A stretch of DNA of 64,000 nucleotides, taken from Vicugna vicugna (taxonomy: Eukaryota). The first letter of the stretch is position 1. The number at the start of each line of letters is the position of its first letter. The stretch lies in contig MU058065.1 in assembly GCA_013265495.1 (NCBI GenBank), positions 2,085,003-2,149,002 of the forward strand, given 5' to 3'. The position numbers and the translations under genes are program-made. The notes under the pieces are model-generated. The model was not told the DNA's origin, did not search any database, and saw nothing but the letters and a program-made list of their open reading frames with translations. Below are positions 49,615 through 61,890 of this stretch, piece by piece.

Positions 49615-50112
49615 GAATGCCGAAAATGCCTCACTTCTCCCACCCTGGCTGAGTCTTTGCCCTTTGCAATGTGACGTTGCCATTTTCCCCTGCAAGCCTG
49701 TAATTGACTTTCCTGTCCCTTAAATCTGAGCTGTCCTTTTATCTCATTTTGGTCCAGAGAATGAGGCCTCACCTCTGAACCCAGGCCTGATGAGGTCTAG
49801 CACGCGCTCTCTTGCCTGAACCATGAGAACAGGCCCAGGTTAGCTTCCTGGAAGATGAGAGAGTGTGCGGAGCAAAGCCAGTCACCCCAGCCAAGACCAC
49901 CCTAAAGTAACTAACAAGTAGTTAACTGCCACATGTGTGAGTGACCCCCCCACCCCCAGCCAAGACAAGAACTGCTCAGCGAGGCCCAGCCCAGAGCAGC
50001 AGAGCTCTGCAGCCAACTCACAGCCATGAGTGAAAATAAAAGTTTAATTTCACGTGCCTTAGATCTTGTGGGTATTTATGTAGCATAATTGTAACAATAG
50101 ACAACTGATACA
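49615..50112 (+). mobile_element. MLT1H-like LTR
   Basis: ccctttgcaatgtgacgttgcc...ccatgagaacaggcccaggttagc...gcataattgtaacaatagacaactgataca. Confidence 0.8.
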
Positions 50113-50205
50113 TTAACTACCAAATAAGTGGTGGGAGCTCCTGGAGTGATCAGGAAGATTTGTAGAAATTTTCCCATGCTTTGACATGGGAAAGGAGAGA
50201 TTCTG

Positions 50206-50412
50206 GGGTTTTTTTTTTTTTTTTTTGGTTGATTTGCAACATGTGTCAATTTCTGGTGCACAGCATAATGTTTCAGTCATACATATACATACGTATGTTC
50301 ATTTTCATACTCGTTATAAGTTACTACAAGATATTGAGTATAGTTCTGTGTGCTATATAGAAGAAATTTGTTTTTTAAATCTATTTTATACATAGTAGTT
50401 AATATCTGCAAA
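50206..50412 (-). mobile_element. Short lineage L1 3' end
   Basis: Poly-T followed by an L1 3'UTR; TSD GAGAGATTCTG at 50195-50205 and 50413-50423. Confidence 0.93.
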
Positions 50413-51293
50413 GAGAGATTCTGTCTGCCCTAGATGCTACATTTTCATTTACTCATAGTAATCCTGGAGCAAGTCCTGCAGCCAAGGCTTAGTAAAGATG
50501 TATGTCAAACTTTTTGTCCAGAAGGATGCTGTCTACTACAAGAGAGCAATGAAGACTTTGAGGCCTGGACTCTCAGCCTGGGGTGGGGCAAAGTATCCAA
50601 GCGTGGGTCTGGGTACCAGGGGTCAGACACAGCTACGTAACAAGCCTGATGTATCTTGTTGGGACATGAATTCTCTTGATGACTTGGGGGACAAAAGTAC
50701 CATAGTTTTCAATCCAAATAAAAGGAAATACAGAACAGAATGTAAAGTTCCAATACATTTTTGTGATAAAATAGAATTATCCATTTCTCTTTCCTCTTTC
50801 AGCCAGGGGTTCGCACTCCTATGGTATAAAACACATATTTTGAACTGTTTAAAAAACCCTATTCTGGGCAGTGGCTTCCAAATTTTTCTTTTGTGGTTAT
50901 TCTTCTTCCATCATCAGAAGTTTTACTATGCCCCTTGCCATGTTGAAAAACCATTTTAAACCTTTTAAATGTATTCTGTGGTTGATGATTATCAAATTTT
51001 ACAGATGGAAGTTTTTAGAATTAAATTGCTTATAAACTGTTATGTATGCTTCCATAATCCTTCTATATTCCGTATGGTCTAATTCACTCCCAGTCAGGAA
51101 AAAACAGGTGGTTACCACTCACCTAATGAGAAAACTGTTGCTTCACTTTCGAGGTTGGGGGGATGCTGGACCCAGTTAGCTGTCAGACTTTGCATTCCAT
51201 TTGTTTCCCAACCTGACCACCGGCACAGCCCTGCTGTTCTGCTGTTCGCCAGCTGTGGATGACTTCAACTGCCGATACAAATGTCTCCTCACC

Positions 51294-51687
51294 TGTTACG
51301 GTCTGGGCTGTGTCCCTCCAAAATTTGTGCATTAAAACCCTCACCCCCAGTACCTCAGAATGTGATTATATTTGGAAATAGGGCCTTCAAAAAGGAATGG
51401 TAAGATGCAGCCTTTATAGTGGTCCCCGACGTAATCTGACGGGTGTCTTTATAAGAAGAGGAAATTTGGACACACAGAGAGATACCAGGGGTGTGTGCAC
51501 ACTGAGGAAAGTGGGGGCACAGTTAGAAGGCAGCGCTTGGTCAGCCAAGGAGAGAGGCCTGGAGAGAAACGAGCAGGCTAACACTTTGCTCTTGGACGTC
51601 CAGCCTCCAGAGCTGCGAGAAAATAAGCTTCTGTGGCTTAAGCCAGCCCGTCTGCGTGCTTGGTTACGGCAGCCTCGCAAACCAACA
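51294..51687 (+). mobile_element. MLT1B-like solo LTR
   Basis: tgttacggtctgggctgtgtccctccaaaattt...cctcagaatgtgattatatttggaaatagggcc...ggcagcctcgcaaaccaaca. Confidence 0.88.
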
Positions 51688-51745
51688 GGTCGCTCCGGGA
51701 AACCAACTGTAGTCCCTTCAACTGTCCATGATTTTTGGTTTTCTT

Positions 51746-52244
51746 TTTTTTTTTTTTAACATTTTTTATTGATTTATAATCATTTTACAATGTTGTGTCA
51801 AATTCCAGTGTTCAGCACAATTTTTCAGTCATTCATGGACATATACACACTCATTGTCACATTTTTTTCTCTGTGAGTTATCATAACATTTTGTTTATTT
51901 CCCTGTGCTATACAGTGTAATCTTGTTTATCTATTCTACAATTTTGAAATCCCAGTCTATCCCTTCCCACCCTCTACCCCCCTGGTAACCACAAGTCTGT
52001 ATTCTCTGTCCGTGAGTCTATTTCTGTCCTGTATTTATGCTTTGTTTTTGTTTGTTTGTTTGTTTTTGTTTTTGTTTTTTAAATTCCACATATGAGCGAT
52101 CTCATATGGTATTTTTCTTTCTCTTTCTGGCTTACTTCACTTAGAATGACATTCTCTAGGAGCATCCATGTTGCTGCAAATGGCATTATGTTATCGGTTT
52201 TTATTGCTGAGTAGTATTCCATTGTATAAATATACCACATCTTC
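51746..52244 (-). mobile_element. Young 5'-truncated lineage L1
   Basis: Same 3'UTR type as the 45009 copy; perfect 17-bp TSD TGATTTTTGGTTTTCTT at 51729-51745 and 52245-52261. Confidence 0.97.
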
Positions 52245-53861
52245 TGATTTTTGGTTTTCTTAAGTGCTAAGAAAAGTGTCTCTCCTTTTCCTTATTGACA
52301 CCTTTCTCTTAGCTCTGCATCTGTTGGTCGTGGTCTCCAGAATGGCCCGTTGGTGCAAGTCTTTGTGATCATCTTCATTATCAATGCACAGTGCTCTTGG
52401 GTGGAGGACCATCTGGTTCTAGGAGTTAATGATGATGTGTTTACATTAAAAGAAAAAAACAAACAAAACTATACCATTGCTTGTTTCTTCATTAATTTGT
52501 TTCAACTCTATATTGTATAATAGAATTTTCTTATATTTCTATCAATTTGGAATAAATATAAAAACATATTTCTTATATTTCCCTATGGATAGCTCAAAGC
52601 TCACTTTTCTTACTAGTCCAACATTTCCGAGCTTATGTGTCTTTCAGAGTTTTCTTCTTTTTCCTCCCTCGGGCTGGGAAAGCATTTCATTTTAACTTTT
52701 ACGAGTTAAAAGAAATTCATACCAAGCACTGTAAAATTCCAATGGCAAGTAAAAATATAAGACATATGAAAGTCTATGATTTGCAAAGTAATAGTTACTC
52801 TCATCTTTAAGGGGGAGAGGAAATCAAAACGCCAAGTCAAAGCAAAGTTGAACAAGTCCTTCAGGCGAACGTTGCAGCAAAGCGTACGGAGCTGAAATCA
52901 AGACGAGCCTTCGTAATGCGGAAAGTCTGATGTGATCCACTCTGCATTCTTGTCTTGGAGCAGCTGACTAAAACCTTCAAATTACAGTGAATGAATTGCA
53001 TCACAGAGAGTGTGGGAGTGGAGGGAGGTGGCAAGATTTAGGGGAAATGTCAGACTTGAGTGGGAGCGAAGAGCCTGTGATTGCAACCAAATGGAACTGG
53101 GGATATACTGAAAGAAACACAGAATTATATACTTTTTCTTAATTAAATGCTTCTTGTGTTTTCCTTCCTGGCCTTGACTGGTATTTATTTTTCTCTACTT
53201 GCATCAAAGCAGCATGACATTCTCAATGGGGGGAAACAGAGTTTTTCATGGTTCTAATGGAAATATTTACTGGCAGCAGACAAGGGTATGTTCCTCTAAG
53301 GCGAAGGCTGCATTTGTCCAAGATTTGCGTGGATTCTGCCTTCCTTGTTGGGAATAGTTATTCAGTCTTAATTAGCCCTAAATACAGTTGAGCAGTGGAA
53401 GGGCCTTAGTTTAAAATCACCATTGCTGTGTTAAAGCTGACTGCAGTAGAAAAGAATGACTGACAGCGATGGAAAGGGCAGTTGACGGGCACATATCAGA
53501 AATCATCATCAATGATAAAATCTGACGACAGGAGCAACATGTATTTTATGTCCCCATAAACACAGATTTAGTGCAGGAAGCCCTCATAATAGTACTTGTG
53601 GCACGGGCGGGAGCGCTCTGCATTTAACTTAGAACAACATGAAATTCCCAGTCTCAGCTGCAGGGTACACGCCCCGATTTCAGCTGGAGGGCGGCACCTG
53701 TTTTGAGAACTAAAGCGATTTCTGAGGTTGTCCTGCATCCTTCCCATTTAGGAAGAAACTCAAAACGTCTGGGATTCACCTTTCCAGGGTGTCAGAGCGT
53801 GAGTCAACTTGTCCGAGGCTCTATGGGTCTCTCCTGATCACCCTTCCTCACTCTCAGACTC

Positions 53862-53912
53862 ATGCGCGTGCACGCAGCCACACACGCACACGCACACACG
53901 CACACACACACA
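53862..53912 (+). repeat. Imperfect (CA/CG)n alternating purine-pyrimidine tract
   Basis: atgcgcgtgcacgcagccacacacgcacacgcacacacgcacacacacaca. Confidence 0.85.
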
Positions 53913-55799
53913 GTCTTATGGCTTTTATTATTTCCTGCCAGTCAACGTAATGCAAGTGGATTATCCTGAACATTCCTTGCCTTTAGGCTACTTCGGGGCC
54001 CAGGAAAGGAAACACTTCCAGTGGCTATGAGAGGAACTCAGAGATGGTGTTTCTCATCTCTCCGCTCCTTTCTGACATCCCTGAATCACCTCGCTGTAGT
54101 GTCTCTCAGGTGGGGTGGTAGACCATCTCCCTCTCATGGCTACACTCATCCTTGGTAGCTTACCACCACCTTAAGCCTCCACCAGCATGGTGGCATTTTG
54201 CCTACATAAATTTAAAAAACCTACCTAACCATTCACTGCCATTTTCCCCAAGGCACAACCCCAACACGTCAGGGAGGTTTTTCTGATCACACCCACATCT
54301 CAAAACTATGACCTCATCCCATGACCTCTTTCCCTGGGCTAATGAGCCGAGAAGGTCCCTCTACCTTTCAATCCCTAGGGATGCCCGCACTTCCTATTCC
54401 GGGATGAGTGACATTTCTTTTAGTGGAAATAACCACCACCACCCCCGCCCCCAGACTCCTTATAAATGCAAAGCTCACCCTTGCAGTTTCTGGCAGCCTT
54501 GACTTAGTGGGAGCAAATGAATCCCCTATTATTTAAATCTGCCATTATTTAAATTAGATCTCTGTTCAGGAAAGCTGATCTCATTTCCCCCAAATCCTGC
54601 CTGCCTTCAGGAAGGGAGCAGAGGGTTCCCGGGCTTTTCAACAACTTGCCAGCCAGAAGTTTCTGAAGACACAGCTTCCTTGAGATGGCCCCTAGCAGAA
54701 AGTCTCTGATCCCCCCAGGCTGAAGGTCAGCGTTTTGCTAGGCTGGGCCTTCATACTCTGACAAGGTTTGAGGGGCAATAAGGCCATTCTTTTTATTTTA
54801 GGGGAAATTAGAAGGTAAAATTTCTTTTTTAGAGACATTTTGCAAATACTGGTAATTTCCGTATGTGACTTTTGATGGTCGACTTTTAAGCCTTAGAGAA
54901 AAGAAAAAAAAAAAAAAAGAGAGACGCTGACCAGCTGGGAGACACTCATGTATCTTATTTAACCAGCATAACCGAAAAACCTCAAATCCCCAATGTGAAC
55001 ATTCTTATCATAATAATTGTTAGAGACCTGCTCTTTTCCACTTGTGGCAGGAAATCCCTACCCACAGGAAGTGTATGTGGAGATTTAAGTCAGATCTGCA
55101 ACTCAATGCAAAAATAACCTCAGGCCATGCTTTCCCAAGAAAATACAGGAATGGCAAATAAAGTACAATTGCTATTTTGTAGAACAGCTTCAATAAGTCT
55201 CTCTTGGCCGTGGGGAAATGAGCAAGATGTGCTTTGTGAAGTTCATACTGATTAAACCAAATGTGGCCAAAGGAAATCTTACATCTCTTCCATCTTTCTG
55301 TGCCCAGTCTCTGGTGGATAAAACAAGGCTGCAGATGTCCTAAAATATATAATCATGATCATTCCAGGAAGTGAAATGTCTGAAATGGCCCTTTGGAGAA
55401 ATTACAAGTTGAAATACGTGACTTAAGTGAGAAGTCAATTCAGTCGGAGAAAAGGCTGTTTGGCAGTTACTAATGGAAGAAATTTACAGAACTCTGCTAC
55501 CTGGTCTCCCTCCCAGAGAGGTGGGCAGTGAGGTCCCAGTGGACTTCCCAGGGCTGAAGTAGAAATAGGACTGGCTGCTTGTTCCTGATAAAGTAAATTG
55601 GTCTAACTTCTGGAGTTTCCCAAATTGGCAGGCTTGAAATCCAAGATGTTCAGTTCCTGAAAGTTCATGATAGAAATGTAAAAAGGCAATGCTCTACATT
55701 AGCTCAAAGCTCTAATTTCCGACACAAAGGCACGTGATTTGGGGTGTTACCTATTCTTGCTGACAGCTGGAAGAGCTCCCCTGAAATTTCTTTTTCCTT

Positions 55800-56020
55800 T
55801 ACATATTTAACAAGCATTAGTTGGGCGTCTACTATGTACCTGGCACTATTTGGGGCACTGGAGAGATGTCAGTGAACTAAAGAAGAAAAAACTGTCTGCC
55901 CTCGTGGGGCTTATGTTTTAGTCTGGGGAGAAGGACAGTGATGAAGTGAACATCTGGCCCTTCCTATGTTGATGGTTGCGTTGGAGGAGAAACAGAACAG
56001 AGAGAGGAGATACAGAGTGG
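55800..56020 (-). mobile_element. LINE-2 3' end
   Basis: atttaacaagcattagttgggcgtctactatgtacctggcactatttggggcactggagag. Confidence 0.85.
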
Positions 56021-56174
56021 TGGGGGTCAGGGGAGCAGAGCTGTGAACCAATCAAGGAAGATAGCTGTGGGGAAGAGGGTCTAGAAACGCTCATAAAATA
56101 ATATTAACTGTGTCTCTAGGATACCTCTGATCTCCATGCTGTTCCAACAAATGGAGAGGCTTTGAAACTCTCTT

Positions 56175-56340
56175 ATAATTATGATAAGCGGTGTTTATCT
56201 AGCCCTTAATATGTGCTAAGCATTCTCCTAAGCATTTCCCTTGCATTTTTTCAACCTATCTGTTTATCAGCACAGTGACACAAGGTAAGAGAGATCCAGG
56301 GAAGTTAGGTGATTGGCTGGAGGTCACCCAGACAAGAGAA
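56175..56340 (-). mobile_element. Degraded MIR
   Basis: tttatctagcccttaatatgtgctaagcattctcc...gttaggtgattggctggaggtcacccag. Confidence 0.55.
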
Positions 56341-56527
56341 GAAGTGTTGTCACTTCTTGGGTAGCTGCTAGGGGCAGGCACTGTGAGAAGGGCTGTGCAT
56401 ATATTGATTAGATGTTGGGGTTTGTAAGGGAAATCCCCACCTCACAGAGGCCCACTACCCCAGCGCTTTCTTTGTTTCTGAAAACATGCATGCTCTACTT
56501 GACATATGCCTCTAACAAGACGGCATC

Positions 56528-56693
56528 TTCTTTTTTGTTGTTGTTTTGGTTTTGGTGTTTTTGGGGGGGGGTAATTAGGTTTATTTATTTATTTGTTATT
56601 ATTTTTTAAATTTAACTGGTGGTGCTGGGGATCAAACCCAGGACCTCCTGCATGCTAACCACGCACTCTACCACTGAGCTACACCCTCCCTCC
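56528..56693 (-). mobile_element. Camelid tRNA-Ala-derived SINE (Vic-1-like)
   Basis: Reverse complement reads ggagggagggtgtagctcagtggtagagtgcgtggttagcatgcaggaggtcctgggtttgatccccagcaccacca, then the tail. Confidence 0.94.
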
Positions 56694-56719
56694 GAGACTG
56701 CCCCTTCTGTCAAAATTCT

Positions 56720-57225
56720 CTCAGCCCCCTCGCCCAAGCTGCGCAACAAACCTTCAATGTCACGGTCTACCTCTCTGACCTCCTCTCCTACCACCCTCCC
56801 TTTGCTCACATCACTCCAGCCTCAGTGGCCCTTTTCTCGGTTCCTTGAATGTGCCAAACGTACATCAGCCTCCAGGCCCTAGAACTGCTATTCTATCTGT
56901 CTAGAAGCCTTTTCCTCGGACACCTATATGCCCGCTCCCCACCATCATTCAGTTCTATACTTGAATGTCATCTTACAGTGATGCCTTCCCTGAGCGACCA
57001 ATAGAGAATGACACAGTGCGCTGCAACTGGTCCACCATGTTCCGTCTCCCTGATTCTGCTTCATTTTTCTTCACGGGTTTTTTATCACCTCCTGACATAT
57101 TTTATGGTTGTCTTTCATTGTCTGCCCTGCTTTATTAGAAGCTCTGTTCTGTTTACTGTTTCCTCAGCAACTAGAACCATGCCTGGCATCTGATAGACAC
57201 CCAATACATGTTTTTGATAAATTAT
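56720..57225 (+). mobile_element. LINE-2 3' region
   Basis: cactccagcctcagtggcc...ttgaatgtcatc...ctagaaccatgcctggcatctgatagacacccaatacatg. Confidence 0.85.
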
Positions 57226-57489
57226 TAAATCACAGGGACTGAACTTTATTGACAAGATCTATGTATCTTGAAGACCACTGTTAGCTTAACAAAGAAAAAA
57301 ACAACTTTCCACATCCATCACATCTTTCTTGACAAGTTAATGTTCTTTACTGTTAACCAAATACAATTTCTTTGAGACAAAAGTAACAGAGAGTCATTTC
57401 TTTGGGATCCTGTTGTCAGAAAGTCATGGCAAGGTGGCAGCCAGTGCGGAGCCCACACCAGGACCTTTCGCTTCAGCATAGCCCCAGGT

Positions 57490-58020
57490 GGCTATTTTTA
57501 GTTGACATTTGAAGGAAGAGTGATTAAGTGGTATGAAAGACTTAAATGGCTGTAAAAGTCATTGTTCCTGGTGCTGTCTACAAGTTAGGAAGCTACACAA
57601 TAATCCGGGGGAAAGACATTAGTGTTCCAGATCGAGGTGATTATGGAACATGTCAGGAGATGCAGGTAAATTGGAGGTGTATTTTGTCAATGGAACCCCC
57701 AGGACTTGCTGAAGGACTGAAAGAGAAGAATTGAAGGAAATAAAAAATACAAGGATGATTCTTAGGATTTGGGATTGATGATACTTATCTAAATGGGAAA
57801 GACTAGAGGCAGGCACAGGAAATCAAGAGTTATGGTTTTGAACTTGGTATATTTGGAAAGCTTATCGGATATCCAAGGAGAGATGTCAAAACTTAAGAGA
57901 CAAGATTTGGGACTGGAGTAAGTTTTGGCGCCATCAACACAAGTAAGATATTTAAACCCTACAAATGGACAGGTTTGTCCTGTGAGAGATTTTAACAGGG
58001 CCCAAGATAGTGCCTTCATG
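57490..58020 (-). mobile_element. LINE-2 fragment
   Basis: ggaaatcaagagttatggttttgaacttggtatatttggaaagcttatcggatatccaaggagagatgtc. Confidence 0.7.
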
Positions 58021-58099
58021 TACAGTCTTTCAGTGCTGGGTTGTCAAATGCTTTAGTCTGGGTTGCTCTCAGTTTCCCTCTGTCTCTCTCTCTCTGTCT

Positions 58100-58240
58100 C
58101 ACGCTCCTCTCTCAGTTCTTGCCCCTGGAACCCAATCACTGTGTTCTGAGGAAGCCCAGTCTTCCCAGCATCTACTGCCAGACACGTGAATGAGGGAGCC
58201 TTCAGACGATTCTGGCTCCCAACTCATATCAAATGGAGCA
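58100..58240 (+). mobile_element. MLT1F/G-like LTR fragment
   Basis: ggaacccaatcactgtgttctgaggaagccca...ctgccagacacgtgaatgagggagccttcagacgattc. Confidence 0.6.
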
Positions 58241-58473
58241 TTTGATGGGGGTGGGAAGGGATAAGTTTGGGAGTTTGAGATTTGCAAATGTTAGCCATTA
58301 TATATAAAAATAGATTAAAAAAACATATTTCTTCTGTATAGCACAGAGCTATACTCAATATCTTGTAATAACCTTTACTGAAAAAGAATATGTATGTGTA
58401 TGCGTGACTGGGACATTGTGCTGCACACCAGAAACTGATGGCATTGTAACCGAGTTCGCTTCAACTAATAAAA
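58241..58473 (+). mobile_element. Short lineage L1 3' end
   Basis: gggtgggaagggataagtttgggagtttgagatttgc...aataaaaaa; TSD AAATGGAGCA (58231-58240) / AAGTGGAGCA (58474-58483). Confidence 0.92.
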
Positions 58474-59847
58474 AAGTGGAGCAGAGGTAGGAATGCTAGG
58501 CACTGTTGAGTCCCCAGTGGAGGTGGACACACTCAGTCATTCAGTTGGCAGTGTAGAAAAAGCCAATAACTAGGTAAAACCAGGTTGCTCAGAGTTTCCC
58601 CCAGAAGGTACATCAGAGAGAGGGGCATAGAGACTCAGGATGTGTGTGGAAAGTCACTATAATAATGTGTCTTAGCACAGACACTAAGAAAGGAAGACCA
58701 AGCAGTGAGAATGTACTGGGGTCCCTGAGTTGGTGGTGTCAGTGAGGCTGAAAACACGTTACAGTAGAAGTTCTAGAAAGTCTAGGACAACCTGACCCTC
58801 AGAGTTTAGTGTGAGATTCAGACATCATGGGTTGGACAAGTGGAGAGGGTTAGCTGCAGAGTTCTGGGTATTGCGTAGGGCAGGCGTTGGGGACGGCAGA
58901 GCCCAGGAACTGTTGCTAATAAATGAAACCTAAGTACTAAGAAATCAACTAACTGACATCAACAACCCAAGACAGAGACTTTCCCCTCTATTTTGAGTAC
59001 AGATTATATTACTTCAAATGTAAAACTTTCCTGTAAGAAAAATGGACCCGAAAAATCCTTTGAAAAGTTCCTCCTGAGAATTTTCTTTTTCACATGCCGT
59101 AAAAAATGACTGCGGTGTTTTTTTATATTAAGGTTGATAATGATGTTAAGTGCAGAAATAAATGAAAACCTGTTGGAAGTCTCTGAAACGGAACTAATAC
59201 ACCTGTAGCTGGCTTGTATAATGAATCTTGCTTTGTTTCTTGGTATTTGGCCTCCGATAAATTGCTAATCTCAGTCCACGCTCTGTTGCCTCCTACTTGC
59301 TGATTTTTTACCAGTATAGTTGGGTAAATCTTGTAAAGACAGATATAACGCCTGCCACTACCATGACTGAACTGGGGCTGGGCACCAACTGCAGCACCGA
59401 ATGCACTTTCTTGTTGGGTTTTTCTGTCATTCTTTTAGTTTCTTTGTCTTGGAGGAGTTGGAGATCATGACTTTACAAGGATCCTTATTGATACATTTCC
59501 TGCCTGCCGGAGAAAAATGGAAAGATAGTTGCTACGTTGAGACACATTGTGGAAGAACCACACGCTCATAGGCATTTCTTGGTACATGTGATTGCTGAAC
59601 TGTGTGCCTTAGCATGTTTCTAAAAGACTCAGCAAAATGAAAAGACCAACATACCAGGTGATAGTCTGTAAATATCATTTATTTCTAAATGGAGGTGAAA
59701 GGGGATTATAGAGCTCGTCTTTACTTCTGCTTCCTCTCCCCTTCTCTTTCCATGGTAGCATCCTAACATTCATATAATCAAACCGCAGAGAATTTACTTC
59801 TTCCAATCTTCGAAGTTAATAAATTTCCCAATCTCTGGAATCCAGAG

Positions 59848-60033
59848 CCAGTCACTTCCAATAGAACCTTATGTGACGAGGGAAATGGCCTCTATCTGTG
59901 CTCTCCAGTATGGTGGCCACTAGTTATATGTGCTTATTGAGAACCTGAAACAAAACTTTATCCTATTTAATTTTAGCTCATTTAAATTTAAATAGCCACA
60001 TGTGGTTAATGGCTACGTTACTGGCTAACGCAG
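59848..60033. mobile_element. MER3-like hAT MITE
   Basis: tccaatagaaccttatgtgacgagggaaatg...ggtggccactag...ttaaatttaaatagccacatgtggttaatggctac. Confidence 0.85.
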
Positions 60034-60354
60034 CTAGATAATCATTTCCATTTACTGAGTACCTACTCTGAGCAAAAAGGAGAGTGACACAAGATGCAAA
60101 AGAAATTGAGCTCTTCTGCTGAGGAAATGTCCTAGGTGCTGCTCCATCAGGCAGAATTCCTAAAGAAGACAAGCTTCCTGGAACGGTCCAAGGACAGCTT
60201 ATCCCCCAGACATCGTGCAAATGAAAAATCTGACTCTCACACTTTGATGTAAGATTGAGAAAAAATGAGTGGAAACATAACTCAACCATAGCACCTTGGC
60301 TTGAAAAATAGGACACAATGATCAGAAATGTTGCTGAAGATGGTTTTTTTTAAA

Positions 60355-60785
60355 TGTCGTAGCCAAGATTTTATGGCGTAACAAACAGCCCCCTCCCCCA
60401 AATCTCTGTGATTTATAATAGCATACATTTATTATTCTCACCCACAAGTCTGCAGATTAGCTGGGCTAGTTTTGCTTTTGCCTTCAGGCTGGACTCAAGT
60501 CAGCTGCCTGTGTCTCCCATTCTGGGCTCAGTAGCTTCTTGGAGGAAACTCTTCTCATGACAGATGGTACAAGATGGCAAGTGAAGCCCCTGCTTGTGTT
60601 ACAGGCACTAACATTCAATTGGCCAAAGCAAATAATGTGGTCAACCTCAAAGTTAGTGAGGCAAGAATTTTTCCTCCACCTACCTTCCTGGAAGGCACTG
60701 TAAAGTCATTTGGCAAAAAGTATGAATGTATAATTTGCTACAGGGAAAGAGTGAAGAGGTTGGAACAATAATGAAATCCATCACA
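60355..60785 (-). mobile_element. MLT1G/H-like LTR
   Basis: gcgtaacaaacagccc...atttattattctcac...ttggccaaagcaaat...gggaaagagtgaagaggttggaacaataat...atcaca. Confidence 0.75.
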
Positions 60786-61339
60786 AACACTAAGAACGCC
60801 GAGGGTTTGGATAGGGCAATACTTTCTCTGGGAGTGAGTTAATTCTTCCCTTCATTTGGTAGATTCCCCCTCTTCCTCCTCCTACCTATCCTAACTTCCT
60901 CAGGAGGAATCAACTCTCCTTGGTAACAGCAGAGAGCAGACAGAGGAGCCACGGTGTCAAATTGCCCCAGTTGCCAGTAGCCAAGCCAAATCATGAAGGC
61001 ACCATGGGAAGAGAACAAGCCTGGAGGAACCTGGGATCTACTTGAAAGCAGCGACAACCATCACAGAGAGCGGGGGAGTCACTGTGGATCTGCCAAAACT
61101 CAGTTAGTGATACTCACTGTGACTCTGTGAGGAGAGGACACAACAGGCTTGTAGTTTACCAGATGCTGACAAGTTTACAGGCTCAATGCAATCTTTAAAA
61201 TTTCCAATCCCAGTTCAACCCCTTGTCACCTCATTCTTTGTCAACCCCCCAACCCCTCCTCAGACCTCTCCCGAGGCAGAGCTAGCAGCCCACACATTGC
61301 TCCTCTTCTAATGACAGTTTTCTTTCTTTGCATGAATTT

Positions 61340-61890
61340 TTAAATCGTTCACTCCTTCATGCATTTACTCATTCAACAAACACTGAAAGAGCATTGACGC
61401 TGCCAGGCAATACTTTAAGATCTATAGATACTGCTGTGAGAAAAACAAAAAATTTGTCTTTTCTCATAGAGCTTACATTCTGGTGGAGGGGAAAAAAAGA
61501 CAATAGACACAGGACAAATAAATACATAATACAATGTTTTAGAAAGATAAAAAAAATAAAGGGCTTGAGAATGACCAGAATGCTGTCCATCTTACATATG
61601 GCAATGGAGAAGTTTGCTCTGCGGATACAACCTTAGAGAAAAGACCTGAATAAAGTGAAGACAGAAGAAAATGATAGAAAAGTGTTCCCATTAAAAGGAA
61701 CATCAAAAGGGCAGGGATGTGTGTGAGGCATATTCAGGGAGCATCTTGAAAAACAATGTGTATGGAACAGAGCGAGGCGGGGAGAGTAGGAAGTAATTAG
61801 GCTGGAGAGGGATTGGGAGCCACATTACGTAGGACTTTGCAGGCTGGGAAGTGACTGGAGCATTTTGAGCAGAGGAACCACGTGATCCAA
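61340..61890 (-). mobile_element. LINE-2 3' region
   Basis: cattcaacaaacactgaaagagc...tgccaggcaatact...ctcatagagcttacattctggtgg...ttttgagcagagg. Confidence 0.85.

Noticed and set aside
10826..53806. About 14 AP-1 heptamers (TGASTCA) noticed across the window
   Set aside because: Roughly 8 or more are expected by chance, more given TG/CA enrichment; they are dispersed, not clustered
60138..60249. Open frame VLLHQAEFLKKTSFLERSKD... between AG and GTAAGA
   Set aside because: No polypyrimidine tract, weak donor, unrecognised peptide
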